A stretch of 63,423 nt of DNA, counting the filler, from Octopus bimaculoides (Eukaryota), in the NCBI RefSeq assembly GCF_001194135.2. It is 8 parts of 7 records of this genome, joined end to end, with 100 filler letters (N's around TTAATTAATTAA, not from the genome) between each part and the next. Parts side by side here need not be neighbours in the genome. Positions count along the whole stretch, not along the records: positions 16,500 to 26,527 come from NC_068986.1; positions 26,628 to 29,618 come from NC_068986.1; positions 29,719 to 60,377 come from NC_068981.1; 5 more parts are not named here. One strand, given 5' to 3'. This document shows, piece after piece, positions 24,432 through 35,944 of the stretch. How positions within the stretch are numbered: the stretch's first letter is position 1; the number at the start of each line of letters is the position of its first letter. Below the pieces are notes generated by a model. The model was not told the origin of the DNA. It did not search any database and worked only from the letters and a program-made list of their open reading frames with translations. The position numbers and the translations under genes were made by a program.

Positions 24432-24828
24432 AGGTGGTGAGATAGTAGAATTATTAGCACGTTCACCAAAATTCTTTCGTCTGTCTTAACGTTCTCAGCT
24501 CAAATTCCTTCATGGTCCAATTTGCATTTTATTTTTTCAGGGGTCAATAAAAGTAAGTACCAGTTGAAAACTGGAGTCGATTTAATCGACTTACCTCCTT
24601 CCCCAAAATATCTGGCTTTGTGCCAAAATTCAAAATCAGTATATTGCATGCCGGGCGAAATGTTTAGCGGTATTTCGTTTACCGTTACGTTCTTAGTTCA
24701 AATTCCACCGAGGTCGACTTTGCCTTTTATCCTTTCGGGGTCAATTAATTAAGTACCAGTTACGCACTGGGCTCGATCTATTTTTGTTCGTCCTCTCTAT
24801 GTGTAGCCCCCTATGGGCAATAAATAAA
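24432..24828 (+). mobile_element. SINE type B, tandem pair
   Basis: two type B bodies with different 3' tails. Confidence 0.8.
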
Positions 24829-25045
24829 TGCATTGCATCCATGTAAATTTCTTACTGATCTCCATTCTCTCTGCAATTGTTTTCCACAGTTTCATTTTCC
24901 TCGTCTTTACCATCTTTTTNNNNNNNNNNNNNNNNNNNNNNNNNNNNNNNNNNNNNNNNNNNNNNNNNNNNNNNNNNNNNNNNNNNNNNNNNNNNNNNNN
25001 NNNNNNNNNNNNNNNNNNNNNNNNNNTATATATATATAAATTTTG

Positions 25046-25183
25046 TTTCTCCGTGTTTTTCTCCTTGTCTCCGTATTCTTTCTGTTGAAGAGCGTAGCTC
25101 GAAACGTCAAAGACTTTCCGTATTCCCGAGCGTCATACTAATATATACTTTTGTTATTTACACCACCTGTCCTCGTCTGTTGT
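25046..25183 (+). mobile_element. Penelope-like terminal repeat fragment, young
   Basis: identical inverted partner of 19486-19623; next to (TA)n and a gap. Confidence 0.6.
25077..25113 (+). ncRNA. minimal hammerhead motif (CUGUUGA variant), identical to the 19556-19592 copy
   Basis: same sequence in the opposite orientation. Confidence 0.7.
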
Positions 25184-25652
25184 TATTATTTGTATATTCT
25201 CCCATATATAAATGTAAAAGTTGTTACAGAGAATTATACACGCATTAAATTTGCTTAGCATTAAAACATACATTCTAAAACGTCCAACAGTATGTCTGTG
25301 TCATTGCAGTCTTTGGTATTTAAGAGCTCAATCGTGAATGTTTGTTGCTTTCATTTCTCTTTAGCTGAAGTTTAGATTAGAGAAACACAACCCATAATTG
25401 ATAACGCTGAAGTCCTTATCATGTTATTTTTCTTTCAGACAATCTTTCTTCCTTTTGCGTAACTGAATGTACCCAACCTTGCTTAAAAACTTTCCGTGTG
25501 ATCTACAGGAGAGTGAACTGAGCAGCTAATATTTAGCAGGATGAGACGACCATGCGGATATGCGCTATTTTTTAACTCGTGAAGTGCAAGTAGTTGCAAA
25601 TGTTAAGCTCCGAGTCAGACCTGATCATGTGATCCTAGATTAGAGGTAATTA

Positions 25653-25912
25653 GCACTCCGTCAGATACGACGATGAGATTTCAGCTGATCCGATTAAAAA
25701 AATAGCTTACTCGTGAAATCAACGTGAACGTGGCTGAGGACTCCACAGACATGTGGACACTTAACATAGTTTTCAGAGAGATTCAGCGTGACACAGAATG
25801 TGACAAGGCAGGCCCCTTGAATTACAGGTACAACTCATTTTTGCCAGCTGAGTGGACTGAAGCAACACGAAATAATGTGTCTCTCCCAATGACACAGCGT
25901 GCCACTAGAATC
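25653..25912 (-). mobile_element. CORE-type SINE carrying the type A 3' tail
   Basis: CORE-like segment followed by the ...ccttgtcaca...ggagtgc tail seen at 11497-11652. Confidence 0.7.
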
Positions 25913-26627
25913 GAGGTAATGAAACCTTCAATGAATTGCCATAATGATTATGGTGTCTACGGTTGCATTATCTCGTACACTTTTCCTGCTCTCAAGACAA
26001 ACAGACCGAAATTACGGTAAACATTGCTGTGTTTTCTAGCATGTAGAGCGACCAGTCAGATGCGTGCACATTGGCTCAATTTTTAAGATACGGGAAAAAT
26101 CTGTTATTTCTTGATTTCTTGAGAACAAATGTGTTGTTCAATTTTAGCGTGCAGTTGAAATGTCAAGTAAACCTGAGGAATTGTGGAGCAACATCAGTCA
26201 TATAATGAGATTGGCTGATTTAATGCCTGTGCCAAAAAAGAGGAGTGGGGGTCATAATTGTTTTTATCTCGTTGCATAATTTCTGTATTTTGCGGAGATT
26301 GAATTTTGGCATGTTGAATGGCCCCAGCTGAAATTTAGGTCCATGAATAACCAAATAATTTGTTACATACACACACAATTGCACACGCGCGCGCGAGCAC
26401 ACACATATATAGACACACTCTCCTATACACACGTGCACATACAATTACACACATACTCAAGCAAACATATATACGATGGGGCTGGCCGCGTCTGAACCGA
26501 GGTGTATATATATATATATATATATATNNNNNNNNNNNNNNNNNNNNNNNNNNNNNNNNNNNNNNNNNNNNTTAATTAATTAANNNNNNNNNNNNNNNNN
26601 NNNNNNNNNNNNNNNNNNNNNNNNNNN

Positions 26628-26824
26628 AAAGTGTGTATGAATGTGAGTATGTGTGTGTGTGTGTGTGTGTGTGTTTGTAGGCATGTATGTATGTATGTAT
26701 GTATGTATGTACGGGCATATATACATATGTGAATATATATTTATATGTGCATGTGGGTGTGCGTGGCTGTGTGTATTTGTGAGTGTGTGTATTTGTGAGT
26801 GTGTGCGTTTGTCTCACATGCCAG

Positions 26825-26860
<36 letters not shown>

Positions 26861-26870
26861 ATCGTGTATC

Positions 26871-26901
<31 letters not shown>

Positions 26902-27070
26902 ATATATATATACATGTATATATATATGTGTGTGTTTGTGTGTGTGCTCACTCATATACTGAGAGGCAAACATACATACTGACATTAATGTATACATGCG
27001 GGTGTATGCTGTGTATACACATACCTAAATGTACACACTCTCTCACGACCCCTCTCACTTTATCTCTCAG

Positions 27071-27121
<51 letters not shown>

Positions 27122-27343
27122 ACTACCTATCTACCTATGTATCTATCTATCTATATCTCTATCATCAAAGAGAATTACGTCACAGTTAGTCAGACTGGCT
27201 CTAATCTGCCACTAATACCGTTTGTAAGCGTCTCTCCGAATAACAACAACAACGTTGGTGGTGGATTAGAGATTTATTATATTAATCTCTTCCCGCTTTA
27301 ATTCCAGTTTCGAATTAATATTCTGTTTCCTCCTCCTCCTACT

Positions 27344-27379
<36 letters not shown>

Positions 27380-27569
27380 GTACAAACTCCTATCCCACTC
27401 TTATAAGTCGTCTTCTGTTCTTTTTCTTCTTCATTTTCTTCATCTTCTTCATCTTCTTCATTTCCTTCTTTGTCTTTTCTCTTCTTCCTTCTTTGTCTTT
27501 TCTCTTCTTCCTTCTTCGTATTTTTCTTTTTTATTATTCGTATTATTATTAATGTTATTATTAATGTTA

Positions 27570-27630
<61 letters not shown>
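26628..27630. repeat. compound microsatellite block: (TG)n, (TATG)n, (CT)n, (TA)n, (CTT)n, (ATT)n
   Basis: visible directly. Confidence 0.9.
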
Positions 27631-27658
27631 TCTCTTAAATTCTCCATCCTTATAATCA

Positions 27659-28700
27659 TGTGGTACTAGAACGGACGCCCACCAGACTTTGTGAAATGTT
27701 AAGAGGAGAACAAATAATTCCTTTGGCTACGGCCCCGAACAACGGCGATTACGCTTCCTCGGATTCAAATATCACCAGCGCAACTGGTAATTGTATCAGT
27801 GGCAGAGACGGTGCAAGACGTAGCCTGATTGACGAGTGTCTGGGCTACAAAACCAGAAACTATATAGACAACAATAACAACAGCAGGATTAACAAAAGTA
27901 TGAACTGTATCAAAGGTAACAGCAGTAGCAACAATAACAATAACAAGAAGAGGAGCAACAACACGAATGCTAGCTACGACGAAAGCAATAACACCGATAG
28001 AACACAAAACAATACCACCAACTAAAACAAAAACGGCTAGAATAGCAAGACTCTCTTCGCTGGAATAGCCTCGACAATGGAGCTATACAGACTCTCCGAA
28101 GAAGACAAGTAAGTCAAACTGGGGGACGCCACTATATTTAGAAAATTTGTGGAGAGAAAAACAGCTCTTCCGTCTCCCTTCTTCCAGAAACTCTAGTCGC
28201 AGCGACTAGAAAATCTACTAGATAGCGCTTTTTGTCGATAAAAATTTATTAGCTGGATACGACCACGAATGCACAGGTAGAAATCCCCTCCCCACCTCAT
28301 GATGCATGGCAGAACATTCACAATATATCTATGACAAGGTGGTTGAGCGGAGTCGAGGTTTTGATTAAGACTGAGCCTCCAGCAGTAGAACATTAAGTGG
28401 TCGCTTGCCGCAGTGACGACTTCAATCGCTTCGTCACTTATTTAGGAAGAAATACGGCAAAGATATCAATACCGAGGTTCTTACCAGAGCGAGATTTCTG
28501 GTGGATTCTGTCTTGCATAGCGTTAGAGGAGAGAAATACTCAGTTCGGTGGGAAAAGAACGAAATGGGAGAATTGGTTTGGAATCATACTAAAGATCCCA
28601 GACTTCATTTCCGTACCTACGAGTAATTTTAGAGGGAGAAATGTACCAAATTTTGTATGGGAGAAATGTACCGTATTTTCACTTCTAAATTTACACTTAT
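27659..28700 (+). mobile_element. possible degenerate LINE ORF1 region (family not established)
   Basis: broken frames with protein-like stretches (FAGIASTMELYRLSEEDK*VKLGDATIFRKF; FVTYLGRNTAKISIPRFLPE...WWILSCIAL; VPNFVWEK) after an Asn-rich linker. Confidence 0.3.
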
Positions 28701-29431
28701 AAACACTAGACAAGAACAGGCTTTGAGATGTCCATATTGGACAAAATATACGTTTAAATGATTTAAATAAGCATAACTTACCATCTACAGTAATTATACT
28801 AGTTAAAATAATGATTGTGATATTTAATGATATTTATGTAAATAATACTAGTAAATATAATTATAATAATAATAACAATAATATTGGGTGTGTAAACCCA
28901 AAATAACAGAAATAATTCTGAATAAATGATGTACTCCATACAGTAAAATGTAAACAAAACTTCTACAATTAACTGTTAGGATACGGGATGGAGACTGTTT
29001 GGGTTCGTGTTTGCTTTTGTTGCACCATGTGATGTTGGAAGTCTTCAGATTTAACGTTATGGGCAATAGAGAGTTTATGATATTTATGGGGTTTGGGGTA
29101 ACGCTATCTCATTAAAGAGAGAAAGCTCCTAGTTAGACTATTAGATACATAGGTAAAATAAACGATTTAACGAGATTAGATTTTCCTTTCTAATTCTCTT
29201 CAGGTAAGGTGGGGAGGATTCTTCTGTGCACACAAACCCATCAGTAAAGTCAATCTTTATAACTATCTTATATAGAGTGCTGTTCCTTTGAAGATCTTTG
29301 ACCGTAGATAATTTGGAGATTTTTGCTGACGCTTTAGATTAGTATTATAACTACTTGGTGGTTAGAATGCTTGTGGATGTAAAAAGGATGTAGGGTTAGT
29401 ATATTCTTGTCATGACATGAAACGTGACATG

Positions 29432-29612
29432 TAGAAAGACATATATACGATGGGCTTCTTTCAGTTTCCGTCTACCAAATCCACTCACAAGGCTTTGGTC
29501 GACCCAGGGCTATAGTAGAAGACACTTGCTCAAGGTGACACGCAGTGGGACTGAACCCAGAACCATGTGGTTGGTAAGTAAGCTACTTACCAGATAGCCA
29601 CTCCTGCGCCTT
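29432..29612 (-). mobile_element. SINE type D, 5' module (tRNA head, CORE-like ccttgagcaagtgtctt, ending at the internal microsatellite)
   Basis: other pieces at 8950-9030, 9365-9440, 12466-12615, 53270-53436 and 56722-56835; 3' module alone at 7985-8145. Confidence 0.75.
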
Positions 29613-29722
29613 TATATANNNNNNNNNNNNNNNNNNNNNNNNNNNNNNNNNNNNNNNNNNNNTTAATTAATTAANNNNNNNNNNNNNNNNNNNNNNNNNN
29701 NNNNNNNNNNNNNNNNNNTTAT

Positions 29723-30110
29723 TGTAGTAACGCCGTGCGCATGCGTAGTCTCACGCATGCGTGGAATTCAACAAGCAAGCTTTCCCGCTTCATTCTGTCT
29801 CTTTCTCAGTCGGCCGGCCATGAGCATGGACGTGTCAAGCAGTGTCTCCAACATTCCAACTCTGGAGACAGTCTCTTTCTTGCTGGCCAGCGATTGAGCA
29901 TGGACGTGTTTAGCTGTCTCTCACCATCTTTCGGACTTACGCTCGACAGCTCGCTTACATCTACATACCAACGTCCCAACAACAATGCTCACACACACAG
30001 AAGCTGTAACAACAAACAAGAGCTAAAGATGTATATATTTACCACCTGAATAAATGTTGTTTAAGTTGATAGTCTGGAGTTCAGCGTTCCGTTATATTTC
30101 TAATTTTATA
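29723..30110 (+). mobile_element. possible solo LTR or CpG-rich promoter-like segment
   Basis: starts TGTAGTAACG, internal 14-bp direct repeat gagcatggacgtgt, AATAAA at 30049, partial inverted end cgttatat. Confidence 0.3.
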
Positions 30111-30843
30111 TAGGAAAGTGGTGTACATCTAATGATGTATAACCCACTTTCCTATATTATAATTGTAGCAAGGCCTAGAATCGAAACTTCACAAATTTAA
30201 TAACTAGGCCCAGACTACATTTAAGTCAAGTGACCAATCCACTTGTTGGAATATCACCCCATATGTTCTTTAGTGTTCCAGGAGTTCGTTTTTTAAAAAA
30301 AAAATTTTGTAGTTGTAGTTGTATAAGCACAATGTGCGTAAACAAATCAGAGAAAGTACTGCACTTTGGAAGGACAAGCAACAAACCTTTTGGAAAGACA
30401 AGCCCCAAGTTTTCCTTTACTGAAGTTCAGCCCGAGGTTCAAATGAATTCTTCAATCACGATGGACAAGCATTATTCCTGCCTCTCACACGAAGCTAATC
30501 TCTTTTGTGAATAATTTAAGTAGAACTATGTTTGGTTCTGGCACACTACATTATGCAATTGGCAAACTACGATGCAACCATGTAAAATGCCATAATTTAC
30601 TTCAATGAAATAAAACGTTATTTCAACAACATTCAGTGTTAGTTTATTATGGGACAACACAGCTAAAATTAATACCAACTAACTATTACCCATACAGCCA
30701 GTACGAAATGGCATAAAATCTCCAGCATAGTTTTGGATTAGGATTCTCATACTTCGTATGAAGTAAGGGGCTTCTTCTAATCTGAACCTCCACCAAATCT
30801 TCAGCATCATCTTTCAAGATGCTTCTTTCTCTTTTTCCTTTTG

Positions 30844-30880
<37 letters not shown>

Positions 30881-30892
30881 GGCAGTGATCTG

Positions 30893-32945
30893 GCTGTGTA
30901 AATGTTCGGGGCCTGGATTCAGCTTGGAAGCAGGGTCACCTGCTTGACGATCTTATATGTCTCTAAATTTAGATTTGACAGCAATTAGTGAGACGAGAAT
31001 TGCCGGGAAAAATATTCTTGCAACCATTTTCGAAGACTACGAGCTATTCCCATCTTGTTGTCTGTCAGAAGCGAGCAGCGGTGTAGCAGTGTTATTCCAA
31101 AAATCCTTAAGTCTCCAAGTAAGGGCAATCTTCTTGGACTTGGACGGTAGGTTTGTGGTCCTTGATGTGAATGGCAGTGAAGGTAGTACCTTTAGATTGA
31201 TGGCTGTATATGCTCTGACAAGGGGCTAGGAGGCCAGATTTCTTCAGATGTCTAGAAACATTCCTGGGAACGTCTTGCACTTTGGTACTAATGGGGAACT
31301 GGAGTAGTATTTTGGATACGCTGAAGGATTGTGTGGGTTTAGTACATAGAAGCAGTGGGGGTAAAAACCTTGAAAACATGCTCAGAAACTTCCAACTTTC
31401 TAAAAGGTATCAATTGGATTTCCCTGATGTGCCAGTGTGGACATGGAGCAATCGCAATGGGCCATCAAGATCCTATCTAGATAGAGTAATTGTTAGGTCA
31501 GCGAATAAGGATAGTATAGGGTATCCGCAGTTCAAATTGGTTGGCTACACAGACCACAAATTTGTGATCTGCACAGTCGATTTAGATAAAACGTGTAGAC
31601 AGGGATCCAGTTACTGGAAGTTGAACGCGTCCTTTCCGGCGCGCAAAGACTACAGGGACTGGATTAACGAACTAGTTAAGCGGCAGTTAACGGGGGCAAT
31701 CGTTAACAACCGGTGGTGGATAGCCCTGAAGAGGGCGATTAAAGCAGAATCATTAAAGTTTAGCAAAGAGTTAGCAATAGAAAGAAACAGATTAAAGGGA
31801 GAACTGATAAGCAAACTAGAAGAGTAACGATATCGCGACTGTCATGTTAGCGGCGAGAATGGCTCTTGACCATTTCTTTGAGGTAAAACATGAAGGTTGC
31901 GTTATCAGAGCTAAGGCCCGTGCGCTAACACATGAGGGAACTAAAGCCATCCAATGGGGTCGAACGGTGGAGATACAACGTGGCAACAAAACCACGATCG
32001 GGTCTTTGACGGATCAGGACGGGCGCGTGCTTCATGGTTCTAAGCAGATGTGTACGGTTTTTCAGCTGCACTTCACGCAACTGTTTGGAAGGGGTAATGG
32101 GTTAACGACGGTAGCGAACTTTAGTTCGTACCTAGATGGCCTTCCACAGCTCCCGGCAGCGGCGCGAGGTTCTGCAAGAAATCGATAACGGCCTCTGAAA
32201 TACGAGAGACGAAGTCGCAAATCGCCAGGTTTAGATGGTCTGCCTTATGAATTCTATATATCTATGCCAGATTTGTTTGGCGATCTCTTGGCAGACGTTT
32301 ACCGAAGTGGAGACGGTCGTTTCCATTCTAGAAGAACATGAGTCGGTTGCAGGGGCTAAAATCAATGCAGAGAAGTTGGTAAGCTTGCGACTGGGCACCT
32401 GGAGAGGCAGGTCGATGCTGTCGGATGGCGTCGTCGGATGCTGAACTGACGGATCAGTTAAACTACTCGGGATCTAGTTTGGTCCCGACCTCCAGGTGGA
32501 TAAGAACTGGGATGAGGGGAGGAACTGGATGGCCAGTCTTACCTAGAAATGGGCTGAGAGGAAGCTGTTCTTGAAAGGTCGGGCAGAGGTGGCGAATGCC
32601 TACATTGCCTCCGTTATCATTTATCGTCTGACCATCGTGCCTTGCCCTAGTTATTGCTTGATCAAGTTGGAACGTCTCTTGTTCATGTTCTTGTGGAAGG
32701 GACGTGTTCCAGTGGTCAATCTGCTGTCAGCTCCCTCTGAGTAGCGGCTTAGGCATGCCACGGCTTTTGATGCGCAGACATGCGCTCAGGGTGCACCACC
32801 TGCAACGATTTCTAGAATGTGAAGGTATGCGGGCTCCGTTTGTGAGGCACGTATTTCTGAAACTCGTCTGTTTGGCGGAGCTGCAGTCCTGGGTGAAAGA
32901 TAGGTCAAGACTGGGCGCCTGGCACTGTCTTCTACCAGTTGGGCA
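30893..32945 (+). mobile_element. L1/Tx1-type LINE ORF2 relic (APE endonuclease, internally deleted RT)
   Basis: CVNVRGL, AISETR, WTWSNRNGPSRSYLDR, TDHK, SYWKLN, SPGLDGLPYEFY and GAKINAEK motifs; multiple stops and frameshifts. Confidence 0.85.
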
Positions 32946-32986
32946 ATAGAGTCGATGGATGTTCCATTTTAGCTACTTATAAAGGA

Positions 32987-33742
32987 TTAGTGTACCCGTG
33001 CCGTCAGAAATGACGGCATAAAAATGATACGGAAAATAAAATTAAAATAAAAACATTACAACCTTTATCTCAGTAATTGCTTCAACACCAAGTTTCTAGT
33101 GAAAACCCTGCCAGCAATGAGTTCGCCTTGTTTTGGATGGTCTGTTTCAGTATTAACCTTTATTCTTCCATCCTCCTCGATGTTCTCTCTCTTTCGATTT
33201 CTTTTCTTTGTGCTGCTTTCTCTTCCGTTTCATCTTGTCACCTTTGCGATGCTCTCGTTCTTAGATATTCTCTCCTCACTGCTGCTTGCTCTTCTGTTTC
33301 ATCTTGGCGCTTTTGTGCTGCTCTCTCTCTCTCTCTCACTCTCTTTTTGGATATTTCTCCTTTGTACAATTAGGTGCGCTCCTTTTCATTTTGATGTCTT
33401 CGAGCCTGTCTTCTTGCGCTCGTCTCTCTTGTCTCACTTCTTGTAATTGATTTAATAACCTTAATGTATTGTTTAATCTTCTTGCGTCCAGTTCTTCCTG
33501 GGTGACCAGTAATTGCTGACTTCTGGAGTTATGTCAAACAGCTGCTGTTGCATGTGGGACAGATACATCTGTCAGCTGGGTGATGAGTGCCCCACCACCC
33601 TCCTTTAATCGGACAGGCAAGGCAGTTTTCTTTTGCTTGGTAGTGGTGGCAAAAGAGGTTGTCTTGTGGACGAAGCTGAAAGTGATGAAGACAGAGATAT
33701 TCCCCTTTGGTGAAGTCCTCATCGACTTTTTCAAGTTTCACT
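32987..33742 (-). mobile_element. non-autonomous Helitron derivative with STPR-like repeats
   Basis: 3' terminus: 8-bp hairpin TGCCGTCA/TGACGGCA (32999-33018), 8-nt spacer, CTAA, then T; 69-nt (23-aa) repeat QDETEEQAA.../QDETEEKAA... on the same strand. Confidence 0.7.
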
Positions 33743-33764
33743 TGTGCCTATAATAGAAAGGATT

Positions 33765-35089
33765 ATTATCATTCTCAAATTCGGTCTTATTCCTGGTAGA
33801 ATTTATGTGGGTAGCAGGTTACTACCTGTAACCTTAGGTATTCACAAGTTTCCAATAGATCTTCAAGTGCTTAGAGCCCTTCCGATAATCTTTGCTGTCC
33901 CTAAGAGACGAACTTTCTGTAGGAGTTCTATTCCAATATCTTTCAGCCATTTGTGTATATCTTTGCTTACCGTTCCCAATGCACCAATTATTATAGGCAC
34001 AACCTTTACAGTTCTCATACTCCAAATTCTTCCTATTTCAAATTTTAAGGGGCTGTATTTTTTCTGTTTTTTGTCCACTTTCTATTCAATCCTGGAATCA
34101 AATGGGCATGATGGATTGATTAATAAGCAACTTTGCTCTTCCTTATTTATAATTGTTATGTCTGGTCTGTTATTTTCTAACTTCCTGTCCATTTGAATAG
34201 GGAAGTCCCACAAAATCTTACATTTTTTTGACTCCAGTACTCTTTCAACACAATGATTGTACCATGTGTTTCCAGCTTCAAATCCCCATTTCTGGCAAAG
34301 TTTCCAGTGCAAAACTTTTACAACCAGGTTGTGCCTCCATTTCTTATATTCTTCCTGTGTCAACTTGGGGCATTCTTCCACAATGTGTGCCACTGTCTCG
34401 TTCCAAGTTCCACATGCTCTACATTTTTCTGACACATTCTCTCCATATATAGTTTTTACCAAGTTGTTTGTTTTTATCACTCAATCTTGTGTTTGCTACA
34501 ATTAGGCTCGCTGTTTCTTTTTTTAATTACCCCTTTTTTTAACTAAGCCCAGAATTTTGTTCCACATACATCATCAGTGACTCTCCAAAATTGACCATGC
34601 AGAGATTTCTCTTCAATCTGTCAGGTGTGCTCTCTTTATATCTCCTTCTTGTCCTTTTCTCCTATTATGCGCTTCATCACCTGTTCTTTATTCACTTTCT
34701 TTAATAGTTTTTCTGTGTTGCTCTGTAAATATTCTACTAGGCTTTTTCTTTCCATCTGTACACATTCTTCTGCTATTAAACCTTTCCACCTTGGTCTCTC
34801 CTCAAGTACAGCCGGATGTCATCAGCTTTTGGATAGTGGGCTCCATACATTGTCAACAACTTTCTAGTTTTTCTGTCAACTTTCTTCATAGCATTTTTAG
34901 TCCAGTCTATAATTCCAACTCCATATCTGTTTAAGGCTACTGCTCTTGAATTTATTGCTTCAATAAGATTTTTTGAATTCAGCTTTAACTACAATAATTT
35001 TCTCACTCTCCTCTTTACTCCCTACTGGTAATTTGTTTCACTTCTTCATTTTTTAAATTTCGTCTCCCTCCAGTATTCCCAAGTATGGT
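33765..35089 (-). mobile_element. R4/Dong-clade RLE non-LTR retrotransposon, 3' part
   Basis: RT C-terminus (YLGILEGDEI, RDQGGKGL), CCHC motif (CRAC...ETVAHIVEEC), ILWDF, NRPDI and VVPIIIGALG of the restriction-like endonuclease; ends in a gataataat tail. Confidence 0.88.
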
Positions 35090-35090
35090 A

Positions 35091-35944
35091 CCATGCAAAA
35101 GTCTTCAGCTACTTTAAGCTATTGTAAGTTTCTACTAATTGCCAACTTATAAGTGGATGTTTTGAATTCCATTTTTTTACAGATGAAATATTGGCCCTGT
35201 TGGAGTCATTTCCATACTTAATCATTATATTTTGTTGCAGGGGTTCTGAATGAGAAGGGAAGATGTGAAACAACCACCAAAAATGGCCATGCAAAAGTTT
35301 TCAGCCACCTCATATAAACCAATAATGATGCAGTGTTTTAAAACAGAAAAATGTCTATAAGGAAAATTTATTACTTAATGTTCATTTCAAGAAGTTACTG
35401 TAAATTGTTAATATTTCGTGTGGCTTCCCTTAGCTTGAATAATTGCTTCAATGCTCCTGGGAAGAGATGCGTACAAATTCTTCCCCATCTTCACAGGTAG
35501 ATGTCTGTAGCTGAGCTCCCACAACTCTTCAAGATCGGGTTGAATTCTTCTGACGAACTCTTCTCTTTGGTTCTGACCACATTTGCTTGATGATATTTCA
35601 GTCAGGGCTCTGAACTGGTCAATCTTTCAATACAGTAACATCTTCATCAGCCAGACTCTATTGTGTTGCACACCATCTTTGGCATGGAACTCTTTCATGC
35701 TGAAAAATTTCACCTTCATCCAAGTCTGGTGTCAAATTGTCTTTCAGCAACTGCATGTATTTGACACTATTCAAGTTACTGTCAATTTTAACCAACTTTC
35801 TTGAACCATTACTTTTTATGTATCCCCAAAGCATCAGACTCTTTCCCACAAACTTCACTGTTTTCTTTGTGTAACGTAGGTAATTTTGTTTTGTAATAAG
35901 CAAGTATTTGTCAGAAGGCCTCCAGGAAATGTTTAAAATTTCAT
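35091..35944 (-). mobile_element. Tc1-like transposon, 3' half
   Basis: LMLWGYI, NSVKYMQLL, IFQH and QSPD*NII motifs; right end follows TA at 35089-35090, with the 20-nt motif ccatgcaaaagtyttcagc at 35091 and 35287 (IR/DR-like). Confidence 0.8.

Noticed and set aside
30226-30514. ORFs 30226-30408 and 30230-30514 as a gene
   Set aside because: Only KVLHFGR is recognisable, a CR1 RT C-terminal motif; too decayed to annotate and not a host gene
35610-35655. CUGAUGA...GAAA on the minus strand as a hammerhead (also CTGATGA at 38821)
   Set aside because: Both lie in Tc1 coding sequence (LADEDVTVLKD; FTDE) with no stem I, II or III pairing
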